A stretch of DNA of 63,056 nt, counting the filler, from Thelocarpon superellum (taxonomy: Eukaryota): the NCBI GenBank assembly GCA_026025795.1. It is 7 parts of 7 records of this genome, joined end to end, with 100 filler letters (N's around TTAATTAATTAA, not from the genome) between each part and the next. Parts side by side here need not be neighbours in the genome. Positions count along the whole stretch, not along the records: positions 45,154 to 54,057 come from JAPEUG010000587.1; positions 54,158 to 63,056 come from JAPEUG010000588.1; 5 more parts are not named here. One strand, given 5' to 3'. Shown here piece after piece: positions 48,772-61,900 of the stretch (its first letter is position 1; each line of letters begins with the position of its first letter). The notes under the pieces were generated by a model. It had not been told where the DNA came from and did no database searches. It worked only from the letters and a program-made list of their open reading frames with translations. Made by a program: the position numbers and the translations under genes.

Positions 48772-51253
48772 ATGGAAGACGACTCGTTGGCCCTGGCCGA
48801 TTCTCCCGCCGTCGCGCCCGCCACGTCGACCGATCCCGTCGCTCCCTCCGACACGCACCGGTCAGAAGACCCGACCGCGGCGGGAACGGGCGATGATGAT
48901 GTCGCCCTTGATGACGCGGCCGGAGGCACGCATCTCGCCCTTATGCTGGATGGGAACATGGCTAACGCGATGAGCACAGGGCCCGACCTGACCATGGCCG
49001 AGAACGCGGCCGCGGCCGACGACGCCGTGGCTAAGCCCGCCGACGAGACATCCACAACCAACGCCCCTCCCCCCTCAGATAATCCGCTCGACGCACCCGA
49101 TGCGCCACGACCGCAAGATGAGGACGACGAGGCCGGCGAAGATGAAGAGATGACGGGCACCGCGGACGAGACAAAGAAAGAGAATGGCAGCCCGGAGAAG
49201 GATGGCGGCGAGGGCACAGCGGCCGACGACGCGGCCGCCGACCGACCCACGCAGACCAAAGCATCGCTCGAGTCGTCCGCGCGTTCTCATCTGATCGCGC
49301 AGACGCACGCCATCATCCTACCCAGCTACAGCACCTGGTTCGACATGCACCTGATCCACCCGCTGGAGCGCAAGGCCTTGCCCGAGTTCTTCAACAGCCG
49401 GAATCGCAGCAAGACCCCAATCGTCTACAAGGACTACCGAGACTTCATGATCAACACGTACCGGCTCAACCCGTCGGAATACCTCACCGTGACGGCGTGT
49501 CGGCGCAACCTGGCGGGCGACGTGTGTGCCATCATGCGGGTCCATGCCTTTCTGGAGCAGTGGGGTCTGATCAACTATCAGGTGAGTCGGACGTGGACGA
49601 GGACAGACCATCCGACCCTCGTACTGACATGCCCAGATCGATCCCGATACGCGGCCATCGAGTATCGGCCCGCCGTTCACCGGCCATTTCCGGGTCACGG
49701 CCGACACCCCCCGTGGCCTGCAGCCCTTTCAACCCGCGCCCACCTCGACCGCTACCGCGGGCAAGCCGTTCGCCGGGACGGAGCGCGCGTTGAACGCGGC
49801 GCCGGCGTCCAAGGCCGAGCTGAACCTGGAGATCCGCCGCAACATCTACGACCAAGCGGGCAAGGAGGTGTCGTCGCCTGACGTGAAGCCAGGCGAGAAG
49901 CAGGCCAACGGTGAGCCGGCCACGACCAACGGCGCCACGACGACGGACCCAGCCGCGACGACGAAGACCCTGGACGGCCTTCTCAAGGAGCCGAAGAAGC
50001 CGATCAACTGTTTCACGTGCGGCGTCGACTGCACGCGAGTGCGCTATCACTCGGCCAAGTCGACGCCACCGGTGCCTCCGACAGCTGGCGCCGCGCCCGC
50101 GACCAAGTCGAAGTTCGACATCTGCCCCAGCTGCTTCCTCGAGGGACGCTTCCCGAGCTCCAGCAGCGCCGTCGATTTCGTCAAGCTCGAGGATCCCACC
50201 TACTCCACCGTAGCGGAACGCGACGCGCCCTGGACCGACGCCGAGCTGCTCCTCCTGCTCGAGGGGCTCGAGCTCTTCGACGACAACTGGGGCTCGGTGG
50301 CGGACCACGTGGGCACGCGAACGCGCGAAGAGTGCGTGCTGAAGTTCCTCCAGCTGGAGATCGAGGACAAGTACCTTGAGAGCGAGGCGGCGGTGGACGG
50401 CGCCAATGGCCTGGGCGTGCTCACCGGAGGCCGGGTGCCGTACTCGCAGGCCGACAATCCCGTGCTGTCCGTCCTCGGCTTCCTCGCCACCCTGAGCGAC
50501 CAGAATGTCGCGGCCGCCGCCGCGGGCCGCACGGCCGAAGAGATGCGACGGGGGCTACGCGACCGACTGGAGAAGGGCAGCAGTGGGGACAAGGACAAGG
50601 ACAGGGACAGCGACAAGGGCAAGGAAAAGGAGAAGGAGAAGGCGAAGGAGGGATTGAAGAACGAAGACACCATGGACGTCGACGTGGACGTCGACTCTGC
50701 ACCGCCATCCACCGCGCTCACCACGACGGCCGACGCCACCTCCTCCACACCTATTCAAGGCCCCGCCGGCACCACACCACTCTCCGCCATCCCCCTCGCC
50801 ACGTCCGCCGCGCGCGCCGCGGCACTCGCATCGCACGAAGAGCGCGAGATGACGCGCCTCGTGTCGTCGGCGGTGAACAGCACGCTGCAGAAGCTCGAGC
50901 AGAAACTGCGCCAGTTCAACGAGATGGAGTCCATCCTGCAGGCCGAGCGACGTGAGCTTGAACGCGGCCGCCAGCAGCTCTTCCTCGATCGGCTCGCCTT
51001 CAAGAAACGCGTGCGCGAGGCGCAGGACTCGTTGCGTCTTGCTGCCGTTGCGGTGCAGAATGCCAGTGCCGGCGCCAGTGCGACTGCGACGACGAATGGG
51101 ACCAATGGAGCCGCAGAAGTGAGTCCCGACGTCAAGGCCGCGCTGGACGCAGCGGGGCCCGGTATTGGCGAGACCCGGCTGGGCTTCGAGCGCGTCGAGC
51201 AGGACACTCTTGGGGGGGCGTCAGGCAAGGCCGTCAAGACTCTGGAGCTTTGA
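48772..51253 (+). CDS. RSC8: SWI/SNF-RSC core subunit of the Rsc8/Swi3/Ssr2 family (SWIRM, ZZ-like, SANT, coiled coil)
   Basis: [107 protein letters not shown]. Intron at about 49582-49636. Confidence 0.93.
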
Positions 51254-51704
51254 TCCCGCTCGCTCCGCTCCGCTCCGCTCCGCTCCTGTCTCTCCCTCCC
51301 TGGAGCCATGTTGTGTGTGTTTGTGTGTATGTGTGTGTTATGGTATAGCTGCCGTTCGGATATTTCTCTCTTCTCTCTTTTCGTGCCTGGTTGGTTGTTG
51401 GTTGGTCGAATGATTGATTGAACGAGTCTGGAATCGATGGAAGGGCTGATACATGAGAAGAGAAGGTGTTTCTACAACCATTCAAACCACCTCCCTTTTC
51501 TATTCCTCCTAGTCGTGCCGCTACCACTACCTCTACCTCCCATCCACCATTACCACTCTCATCTGTGTCGTCTGTCTTCTGTCTTCTGTACTTCATAAAT
51601 TATGGTAGAACGAATGGAGTTTAGTGATCCGCAGCTCCTTTTTCCGTTTCGACATTCGTCTATGACAAGTGTGCCGAATGACCAGCGAGGAGCAAGAACG
51701 ATAG

Positions 51705-53309
51705 TCATCCCTCCCACTCGCTGCGGAAATCCACCCTGTCACGCCACGCCTTCCTCGTCATCAGATCCGCGCCGTCTTTTCGCCTCGGACGTGCTCGTGC
51801 TCGTGCTCGTAAGGTGAATCCAGTCTCCATAGGCTCCTCCTCTCCCGCTGCTCTGACCTTTCCTTCCCCCTTCCCGAGTATCTCCCAGAGTCGGTTCTCT
51901 TCCGCTCGGCTGGCCAGGTGGTCTTGCACGTCAATGTGCTGGTCTTCGTCGTCTTCCTCTTCGTCCTCCTCCGTGTAGTGATCATCGGCGGCGCTTGCAG
52001 CGGATAGATTGGGTAGTGAGCTGGTGGGAGACGGGGATGGAGAAGGCGACGGGTCGGAGTGGGCCTCCGAATACGAATCAGATACGTGGCAGCCTGCTGG
52101 AGACGGCCCCCGTGATGCCGAACTCTCCCGCCGCGGCATCGCACCACACTTACCCAGTCGCTGCTCTACTGCTTCGTACTCCAACCATCCGTTCTCTTCG
52201 TCATACACGTCGAGATGACACCGTCGCGCTGCCGTGGCCCAGAAGTGGTGAGTGTTTTGCTTGATCCCTAGCACCTGCAAGGCCCCATGCACGTCTTTGG
52301 CCGTCACCACGGGCTTGGGTCGGAAGAGCGACGAGTCCATGGCGCGGAGGCGCGACCGGGCGAAGAACAACGTCGCTTGGACCAGACGCTTGGTGAGGCT
52401 GATGGCGAGCATGTGCAGATCGGTGAAGGCCGTACATCGGATCGAAGGGAGTTCGTCCAGCCCGGCATGGGCCCGCCAGTTCTCGTGCTCCGTCTCGTCC
52501 GAGGCGTTCATGAAGATGCGCTCGGAGAGCTGGAGGAAGCGCTCGAGCTTTAGGAGGGCGGCGGCGGGGATTCTGGCTTCTATCTCGCTCAGGCCGTCGC
52601 CTCCCTCTTTCACCCTCGCCTTGATCATACTGGCCGTCTCAGCGGTCAGGCACCAGAGATCGCCCCACCGTGCGCGCTCCAGCTCCGTCTCATGCCGCTC
52701 TTGTCGCTCGCTCAAGGCATCCGAGGCCCGCTCGAGCGCCGTGCAGCAGCTGTCTCCAATCTCCCAGGAGGCGGGGAGATCAGCTGGGGCGAGCAGATCG
52801 GTGCGAGCGCCCTCCAGTGTCGCCTCAACCACGCCCTGCTGCAGGAGCCGCAGATAGACGTGGATCTCGAGCGCGGATTTGGTACCAATGGCCGCGGCAA
52901 GACCTTCCATGTCGTCTCTTCCCCGGCGAGAGAGCGCGTCAAAGAAGACATCTTTCTCGACCGATGTCCAGCGCGTCAGGCCAATCTGACTGGCCGGCAA
53001 TGGCGGGCTTTCCTCGTCGAGATCCGCCCGCGCGATCGCATCCTCAATCTCAACGTTGAGGAGACGGCGGTACTCGTCATTGTGGGGTCGTGGTCGCTTG
53101 TGGGGCTGATACGCAACCCCTCGCTCGGATCTCTGCCGCTTGGACGTTGGCTTTTCTGGGAGGGGAGATACATCCTGCTTGACCGATCGAGCCCGACTAC
53201 TCCGAACCCTTCCCCGAATCTCCGACCGCTCCCCGGCCTCTACGATCTCCAGGGAAGATGAGTCGCCGTCGACCGGCTCGTAGTCCGCCGAATCCTCCCC
53301 TGACGCCAT
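51705..53309 (-). CDS. RRN5: Rrn5-like RNA polymerase I upstream activation factor subunit (SANT/Myb-like domain)
   Basis: SQIGLTRWTSVEKDVFFDALSRRG..IGTKSALEIHVYL, LPASWEI, FLQLSERIFMN, AFTDLHMLAISLTKRLVQATLF, VTAKDVHGAL. Confidence 0.75.
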   Translation of the reverse strand: MASGEDSADYEPVDGDSSSLEIVEAGERSEIRGRVRSSRARSVKQDVSPLPEKPTSKRQRSERGVAYQPHKRPRPHNDEYRRLLNVEIEDAIARADLDEESPPLPASQIGLTRWTSVEKDVFFDALSRRGRDDMEGLAAAIGTKSALEIHVYLRLLQQGVVEATLEGARTDLLAPADLPASWEIGDSCCTALERASDALSERQERHETELERARWGDLWCLTAETASMIKARVKEGGDGLSEIEARIPAAALLKLERFLQLSERIFMNASDETEHENWRAHAGLDELPSIRCTAFTDLHMLAISLTKRLVQATLFFARSRLRAMDSSLFRPKPVVTAKDVHGALQVLGIKQNTHHFWATAARRCHLDVYDEENGWLEYEAVEQRLGKCGAMPRRESSASRGPSPAGCHVSDSYSEAHSDPSPSPSPSPTSSLPNLSAASAADDHYTEEDEEEDDEDQHIDVQDHLASRAEENRLWEILGKGEGKVRAAGEEEPMETGFTLRARARARPRRKDGADLMTRKAWRDRVDFRSEWEG

Positions 53310-53689
53310 GCATCCCCGGACTCAGCCACGTGCGAGACAGGGATGAGCCGTCGGCTCTCACGGGGGTGGGGTGAGAGGGCGGTTCATCAGCTGAAACGGA
53401 GGATTCGATCAGATGATGGCGCCATGGCGTCATGCATGGAGAATCAATGAATGAGCAAGCGCGTTGCGAATGGCATCGCGCGACCTGACACCACCCGGCA
53501 GCGGGATGTCGCTGTGCTTTTTGGAGCCGCCTCTTTTCTGTCGACTTGTCAATGAATCTCCCGACAGTGAAGTAATCACCGGTCCATCTGGTGGCAAGTG
53601 TGCCAAAGTGTGCGGGAGACTGATGATGAGCAGGGCTCGCCATGGGATGTTGTGGTGCTCGCGGGGCTCCCCGTGCTCCTTTATGGACA

Positions 53690-54057
53690 GGTCGCTTAGT
53701 ACTAACAGTCTTCACCACAAGACTGAACACACCACGAGACTGAACACTTTTCCTCCTACCCTACCTCCACCATCAGCCACAACTCCACTACCAGTGCTTC
53801 AAATTATCAACCCTAGGAATGTATGGTAGATAAGACCCTAAGCTATCATTTGAACCCAAAATTATGTTGTTATGATGAGCATTGGTGATGTTATCTAGTT
53901 GCGCAATTTTTTGCCACCTCAAATCTATGTACCTAGGACCCCCCCTACCCACTTTGAAAACCTATAACTTTTCAACCACTTGACCCAATCACTTCATCTT
54001 TGGTGTGGTACATCCTAATATAGCAAAGATTGATGCTTATAACTTATAGGTCCTAAG
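53690..54057. repeat. AT-rich, CpG-poor contig-terminal segment; possible decayed transposon or repeat end
   Basis: Abrupt compositional shift from the GC-rich flanks, with many TA and few CG dinucleotides. It contains a short direct repeat (CCAC[A/G]AGACTGAACAC x2), and the contig ends here. Confidence 0.4.
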
Positions 54058-54157
54058 NNNNNNNNNNNNNNNNNNNNNNNNNNNNNNNNNNNNNNNNNNN
54101 NTTAATTAATTAANNNNNNNNNNNNNNNNNNNNNNNNNNNNNNNNNNNNNNNNNNNN
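54058..54157. other. Artificial contig spacer
   Basis: N44-TTAATTAATTAA-N44. Confidence 0.98.
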
Positions 54158-55023
54158 TACGACACAACTCCCGCCAGCCGCACGAACACGCCACCAGCGC
54201 CGAGGAGGCGGAGGAAAGGGCCGAAGACGAGAAGCGCTGAACGACGCCTCATCCGCACACGCGCAAAAGACAGAAAAAAGAAAAGAAGACTACAACGTCG
54301 ATCGAGGCCGAAAGGAGGTGTACCTGTGGGTTTCCCTCCCCTCTCCCCTCCCCCCTCCCTTTATCCATCAGGCGCCTCTCTCCTCTCTGCCGGACCAAAC
54401 ACACTCCACCAGAAGCACCACTGACAAGCTCCTCCTTCTCTTCCCCCTCCCCCAGGCCCAACTTCACACTCACGCTCCTCCGCACGCCCTTCCTGCCTGC
54501 GAAATACGCCACGTTCATCGTGCCACTGCACTTCAACAAGCTCGATCTCAAATCGTACCTGCACAACGCCTACGCGGTGTCTGTGCTTTCCGTGCGCTCC
54601 TACGTGCAACAGCAGCGCGTGCGCCAGGACAAGCCGTCCGCGTTGCGTCCCAAGCCACGGCGCTGGTTCCGCCCGCGCGCCATCAAGAAGATGACGGTCG
54701 AGATGACGTCGCCTTTTGTCTGGCCCGCGGAGATAGAGGACTACGAACCCTGGGGAAGAGACATGTTCGACCGGGCAAATCAGGCGAGGGAGGAAGAGCG
54801 CGAGAGGATGGTGAAGGGCGCTGAGCCGGGAAAGGCAGGGCTTCCGTCGCCTGAGAGGGGCCTGTTGGCGCAGCAGGCGGAGAGGCTCCGGCGGGGGTTG
54901 GAGCCGTGGAGGACGGGGCTGGAGACGGAAGATGAGACGGAGAGGGCGACACACGAAGGAGAGAGGGTGGAATGGGAAGACGTAGGACCGGCCGTCGAGG
55001 TGGAGAAGAACGTGCGGGTATAA
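54158..55023 (+). CDS. MRP20: Mitochondrial ribosomal protein uL23m, 5' end lost at the contig edge
   Basis: GRKEVYL|PNFTLTLLRTPFLPAKYATFIVPLHFNKLDLKSYLHNAYAVSVLSVRS..KKMTVEMTSPFVWP. Intron at about 54326-54455. Confidence 0.9.
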
Positions 55024-55514
55024 GTCTGTACAGATCATCAGTTACGCATCTGTACGCATACATGGTCTTGCGGTAAGTTTTCTTTGATTCCTTATCCCTT
55101 ATCACCATCCCGTACACCCGTCTTCCTTTCCCCTTCTCCGTCGCTATCTAGACATCCGCATGAGCAAAGGAATGCGTGCGGACTTGGCGATCCGTAAATC
55201 CCATCCATACCCATATCCAAAGTCCAGACCAGGACAAGTCAAGACCAGCTCGCTCCTGCTCCTGCTGAAGGGAAAAAGGTGGAGGGAGTGAAAACGAGGG
55301 CAGATCGCTCATCACATAGACCCAATCCGTCTTCCTCAATCAGAGAAACAGCACTAGAATATACAACTCCATCCATCCATCCGTCCATCCGTCCATCCTG
55401 CCTTCCGTAATCCCATCAGTCGAATCGAATAGGTCGTAACTGGTCGTCGCACTCTGTTGCTCCAGATAGGCATGTCTCACACGTGTGCGTGAATCCACGG
55501 CTCGTGTATCACAA

Positions 55515-58500
55515 TCACACAAATCCCCGAATGCCCTTCAAAGCCGCGCCGGGCTTCAATGGCTTCTTATCCTTTGGATTTTCCTTTTCCTTGCCTTTTC
55601 CCGCCTTTTCTTTCTTCCCGATGTTTTGTACCCCGCCTATCACAGCATTAGCATTCCGCCCCTCTCCACTCTGCACACGCGGTGACTGACCTCGCCCGTA
55701 GATGCGCACTTCCGACGTCGGCTTGATCTTCGCCTTGGTGTTGGCGCTATGCGACACGCTCTTGTCCGATCCATCCGAGTTATTCTGCTGACGAAGGGAG
55801 GCTAGCGGGGTGTCGAAGGGGCCGACGCGATCGGCGCCGTTGACAATGCCATTGCCGTTGACCAACACGCCATTTCCAATGCCATTCACAGCGCCATTGC
55901 CATTCGATGGAACGCCGTTGAACAGATCCAAGGGGCTGAGGTGATTCGGGAAGCTCGAGCTCGTTGGCTCAATGGGCGACATGGCGTTGAATCCCGCTTT
56001 GAATCCATCGTGCGACACGGATGGGTCCGACGTGGCCAGCTGAATCCGCCCGTCTTGTCCGTCCACCTCGCCAAAGAAGTCAAACTCATCCGCGCCATGG
56101 CTGTGACCGGGGTTGGAGTGGTTGTAGCTGCCATCGCGCTCGTCCGAGGCTTGCAGATCCATATATCGCATCTCCAATTCCGCATACCGACTCAACAGGT
56201 GGTTGTAGATCTTGCGCAGCTGCGCGAATCGCGCCTGGCTCGCCGCCAACGCTGAATCCAACATCGACTGCACCGCTTGCGGTGTCGGCGCGTGCGGGGG
56301 CGTGGGTGCAGCTTGCAAACGAGATTCCAGCTCCGTCACCTTCTGCTCGTATCCCCGCTTCATCCGATCGCGGTCTGCGTCACGCGTCTTCAGCTTCATG
56401 CGGAGCGACTCCAGTTGCGTCCGGGCAATCTCTTCGTTCTGTTTCCCAAAGGCAAACTCTTCTTCGCGACTCTCGTATTCCTGCAGACGCCCGTTGAGTC
56501 CCTCGACCTCGATCCGAAGTCGCTCCAGCTCGTCCAGATTTGTCTCGACCGACTGCATGCGTTGTCGCGACAGCAGCTCGCGTGCTTCGCTTTCAATGAC
56601 GAGTCGTCGCAGGTGGTCGCACTCTTGCTGCGCATCACGCAGCTCCCGTCGCAACGAGTCTTCCTCCGCGCGCCATCGCTTCTGCTCCTCGCGCAGCGCG
56701 CGCGACTTGACGTGCAGCTCGCCCTCCCACCGCTTGGCGTGGTTCTTGCTGGCCATCATCTCCTTGCGGAGCATCGCCAGCGTCTTCTTCGCCTCTTCTT
56801 GCTTGTATTTGAGCGTGCGGTTGTTGTTGATCAACTTCTGCGTCTCCGCCTCGATGGTCGCCTCGCGGATATACTTCCGTTGCAGCTGACCGATGTGAGA
56901 CAAGTGCTGATGCTTGAGGTAGCGTTCAAAGTTGAGATCATTCTTCAGTAGGAGGATCTCCCGCTGCAAGAACGCGACGTTCGTGACCGCGCCCGCAGTC
57001 TTGAGTGTCATCGCCGGCGATCGCGTCGCCGGCGTCTGCGACAGCGACTGCAGATACGCGTCCAGGCGCGGCGACGCCGTTTCGAGGATGGGCAAGGAGT
57101 GGTCGCTGTCATTGCCATGCGACTGATGGAAGCTTCCCCGGAGGGACTCCTGCGCCTGTAGCATGTCTCTGAGATTCGTCTCCGACGGCGACTGTGCAAA
57201 GTGCGCCGGCAGCGTCGGGCTATCCTCGGGGTTGTCATGTGGCGTAGAGACGGGGGAGCTGTAGCGGGAGTGTGGTCCGTTTGACCGCGCCATCAAGCGT
57301 GCCTGCCCATTCTGAGACGGTCTCCGTGGTAGGCGTGACCCACCATCGGAGCTCGTCAGACTTCCCAGGGTCGATTGAGTATTCCGCCATCCGTTGATGG
57401 CTCGTGGTTGTGACTGCGCGTCGTCGCCATTGATCAACGTGGATCCTCCATCATCGGCTGCCAACAGCGTCTGCGGCGGAATATCTTCCGTCGCCATATT
57501 CGACTCTGGAATGACTGGTAGCTTGCCACTAGGCGGCGGCCCCGGTTCGCCCAGGTTCATCGGGACGGCCGCGCAAAGACCCATGCACTCCGCCACCACG
57601 TCGGCCGGCTCGCTCTCCAAGAAGCGGCTCGTGTCGGTCAGTTCGCTGTCCACCGTCATGGTGTAGAAGTTGACGTGTAAGAGGTGGCCTTGACGAAATT
57701 GCTCGGTCCGGTGTTGCATGGTCGCTTGATCCGGCTTGATCTCGTCCCCGCCGGGTAGCCTGGCCTCGCGCAAATATTTGACCGGCTTGCGGATGAAACT
57801 CATAAAGTTGAGCGGGTACAGGCCGTAGAGGAAGGTGAAGTAATGCGAAAGGTCGGGGGCATCCGTGTCGATCGAATCCAACGCATGATATAGCGCGTCC
57901 CACGACGGATCGCTGTACATGTGGGACATGACAGGACCACCGTTTGTGGTGGGGTCACCATCGCCCTCGGCATCGGCGTCAGTGGCGTCCTCGACGGCCA
58001 CGCCGTCCGGGCGTGCTGGCCCATGCTTCTCCCAGCAGAGGATCCGGCTGTAGATGGCAAAAAGTCGGGGGAGATACGGCACCAGCGAGCTAGGTACGTG
58101 TGGGAGAAACATGACCAAGGTCGTCAGGGCCAGGGAGATGACGAGGGTCGACGTGTCCATCATGAGACATTTGAGCAGATGGTCGAGGAGGGGGGTCTTC
58201 AGCACCTCGTACAGATGCGGCGGTTGGTGCCGGACGAAGGTGCAGAGCAGACTCAAGGCTTGAATGCGGTGCTCCTTCTGAACTGTGAGCGCATCGAGGG
58301 CAATCATCAAACTCTTGGGCCGCTTGCGCCCAAAGGCAACAAAAAGACTCTCGAGATGATGGGCAATCAACGCGGCACCTTGGTCGTCCTCAAGAAGTGC
58401 CTCCTCCTCCTCCACGGCGTGGACACGCGTCTTCTCCAGATAGACTTCGAGCAGCTTGTCGGTGAAGACACTCGAGGCGCGGGCACGGTCACCGTCAACA

Positions 58501-58989
58501 TCGTCCTCGTCGTCAAAGACGAGGATGGCCAAGAGGATGTCTCGCGCGTCCTCAACCACGCCTTTATGCTGGCTCAGAGACTCCAGGGTCGGGCGCAGAA
58601 GGATGGTCCACCACTCGAGCAATCGCTCAGTGCCATGGATGGCCGGACCCAGCAGGCGAAGACAGGCGAGAAACGGCGGGTGTTTGGCATCATCACCGAT
58701 GACGATGGTGTGGTAGATATGGAGCAGCTCGTCTTGAATCCGCTGCGACTCGAGCTCAGGTGTGGGGAGGTGCTTGTCGAGGTAGGCTTGCACCGTCTCT
58801 TGCACGTCAGCGGGAAGCGGGTAGGGAGGAGTCGGCTGGGTAAGAAGATTGGTCAAGATCTTGACCACCTCCTTCAGCGACCTGGCCATGTCGGTCAGCT
58901 CCGAGCTCCGTTGCGAACGGAGGTGCGGCAAGGTGGAAGCCGGGCCGGCTCGAGCCAGAGGGGGTGTGAGGGACTCACCCGGACGACAT
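55515..58989 (-). CDS. TSC1: Hamartin / tuberous sclerosis 1 homologue
   Basis: MSSG|SLKEVVK (intron 58978-58882), FVRHQPPHLYEV..LLKCLMMD, LPRLFAIYSRILCW, YFTFLYGLYPLNF, LQREILLLKNDLNFERYLKHQHLSHIGQL, a long coiled coil, and YGRG|GVQNIG (intron 55690-55637). Confidence 0.93.
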
Positions 58990-61900
58990 CGCTTGAGTTG
59001 ATATCGGTCAAGCGGGGTTCAGCTCAGCGCGGGCAGGGGTCGACGGAGCTGACGATGGGGATCATTCACAGCACGGCGACGCACGCGCAAGGGGCAAGGA
59101 GGGCAGCAGTAGATGTAAGAAGCAACATGAGTCCCCGCAGACCGTGTTGGTGATAAGCTCATCGAGCCGGGGTGGGTGGAATATGCCTATCGCAGATCAT
59201 GGGGAATGTGTTCCGCACGGGCACATGGCACCGCGGTTGGCCCACGGCGCAACAATCGCTGGTCTCGAGGGGAAGGCGTGGGCGTTGAAAATTGGGTGGG
59301 ATGTCGCGCACCGAGGGCGAGAAAAAGCACCGGGACCAGTGGGGTCAGCGGCGGCGGTGGCGGAAGGGGAAGAGGGGAGCTCGTCCAGAGCAGGTCTGGT
59401 AAGAGCGGCAGCAGGCGGGAGCAGCAGGGGCGTTGAGGGTGAGAGAGGGCGGTGATGTTGGGAAAGCGTTTCGTGGGCGGCGACAAGTCACAGAATCGAC
59501 AGATTGGGCGGTCGAGGAAGCAACCGTACTTGGTAATTCAGTGCAGCGTGGGCGTCGCGTGAGTGCATGGAAGGGAGCTGGTGGTTAGGGTGGTGAGGTA
59601 GTGAGGTAGTGAGGGTGCTTGAGGGTGCTTGAGGGTGGTGAGGGCGATAGTGATGGGGCGGTGCCAATCACCACGTCGGGTCCACTGGCGAGGGCACGGG
59701 TGCAGGGCAATCCTTGTCCTCTCGCTGGGATTATGCTTTCCGCTCAGGAGGGCCGCACCCCACGCTCCCTTCACGGGCTGCCGGGAGCGCCTCCACTGCC
59801 GCCTCGCGATCCGACGAGGCGTCATGAGGGTCTTGGCATTCGAGGAGGAAAACGAGTACGAGCTGGTAGGCGTCGTTCGTTTGGCCGACAGCCGAGTCCA
59901 TACTCGTACCACAGACGACGGCCGAGCTCCAGCAGAGCGGGTAGGGCATGGCTGCGAGCACTCGGGCGCCGTCGTGGATCGCGTGTTGGGGGGGAAAGCC
60001 GGAGGGGTATGCGAACGGCACTCATCCTCTACCGGGTCTGACCAGCATGAGATCGCTTTGAGGACCCACCTCTCGCTCGCTCGCTCCGTGTACCACCCCC
60101 TCGACGGGAGGCGCGGTGACACAACTTGAGGCAATCGGGCTCGGGAACTCTCGTCGTGGCCACAGGTCTGCTACAAGTAGCCACTACCATCGGCTGAATC
60201 TTCCATGATCACAAATGTGCATGGCAGACAGAGTCAATCAGCACAACTGCACCCGCCAACGGGAAGTGCACGCTCGGACCACCGGTACGGACGGCGCCAA
60301 GACAATTGACCTGTCCAGTCATGAACCTCGTGCATCATCCCCTCAGCAAGCCTCCGGCCGACCAGGTGCTCGTACCGCGATGCAGTCCTCCCGCCGGTTC
60401 GTATCTCGAGAAGCATGCTATGGGACCAATGCAGGGGCGGTGCTGAAAACAATTTGCAGCGTTATACTTTGCTACACGGAGCTGCAGCAGTCATGTGTAT
60501 CTGCCGTGTGTGGCAGCCCTCTCGCGCCCACCGGCTCTTAACCGCGAGGGGGAACATTAAACGGGCCAATCGTGACGTCAAGGGCACAGAAACAGATTGC
60601 TTCACGCACCGCCCACCCGGATGTCCGGACCAGTGGTCCACCAGGAGAGAGGGCCGTCAGCATGGGTTCAGGTGGTCGTGGGTTGGGGAATTCTACGACC
60701 GTCTGGATCGATCATCACGGCACTGGGAAGCGATCACGGCAAGGGCAGTGCCGCGCTATACCTTGTATCACGCCGCGTGCCCTTGCGCTTCGCTACACCA
60801 TCATTTCTTGCGTCTGCCCACGCTGTCTTCTCGCTCCTCTCTGGCTCCTCCCTGGCTCTCTTTGACAGGGCGTGGCAGAGAGAGCGGTACCAGAGACCCG
60901 TCAGGCCACGGCGATCAGCCCGTCAGATCCATGGGCCGTTGGCCACACGACACCCTTGCGCGCGGCGCGTTCGATCTCGACGCTGATTCTTCGGCAGCTA
61001 CCTTATCGGCAGCCTAAAGGGATCGCGCCTTGGCGACCGATGCCATCCGACGGCGCACCAATCACGACGGCGACTGCGATCCGGCGACGACGTGGGATCG
61101 GCCAAGTGACGCGGGCCCACACAACGCGGCGACGAAGGTACAAGTACGAGAGGCTTGGGGACCAGCTCGGCTCCGTGCTCGTCGAACTGGGGGCGCTCCC
61201 GTTTGGTGCGAGCCCAAGGGCCGGGACAGGCCCGGGCTGATAAACGAGCCGCCAGCCCCGAAGGAGCAAGCTCCAGCCGTAGTACACCCTGGCCGCACGT
61301 CTACCATTATCGGTGCAGGGATGTGGCGATTTCCCCCATGCCCTATGCCGGATGTCCCATGCCTGTGCGTCAGCTTGGACCAGGCCGCCAGAGATAAGGA
61401 GAGTCCTGCACCAACCATAGCCAATGGGCCGTGAGGTGGGCTGACATCCCACCACGCCCCGTAAACTACGCCCATCCACCCTCCTGCAGGCTACCTCCCT
61501 CTCCGCCGCTACACGCCGCGAGCGTGGTCGAGAAGGCAGTCCCCGTCTTGGGAACCGCGTGATGACCGGCGGAAAGGTCGCCAGCGTCGGCGCCCGCTCC
61601 GGCACGCCGAAGCGATCGTGGGCCTGCCATGTCGGATCCATCAGTGGATGGCGTATGCGACGAGCCTGGTTTGACAGCGGTCCAGAGCGCCTGGCCCGGT
61701 CCGTCCCTTGCGGTATACTCAGCCATGAACGCGATGATGACCATGATGACAGTCTAGACGGCCGACGGAAACGTGCCGCGCCTGTGAAGGGTGGCGAGGC
61801 AGAGTCAGCCAAAGCAACGTCCGATCGACGATGAGCCCGACCGTGACAGGTCTTGGCACCATTCGTCGTGGCGTCCCCCTCCAAGACTGAACACAATGAT

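Noticed and set aside
1764..51285. Simple repeats: poly-C near 1764, (CTCCC)n near 8390, poly-G near 8940, (GCGTCGA)n near 13920, (GAGCAY)n near 45290, (GCTCC)n near 51260
   Set aside because: Ordinary microsatellites or homopolymers with no evidence of a special role.
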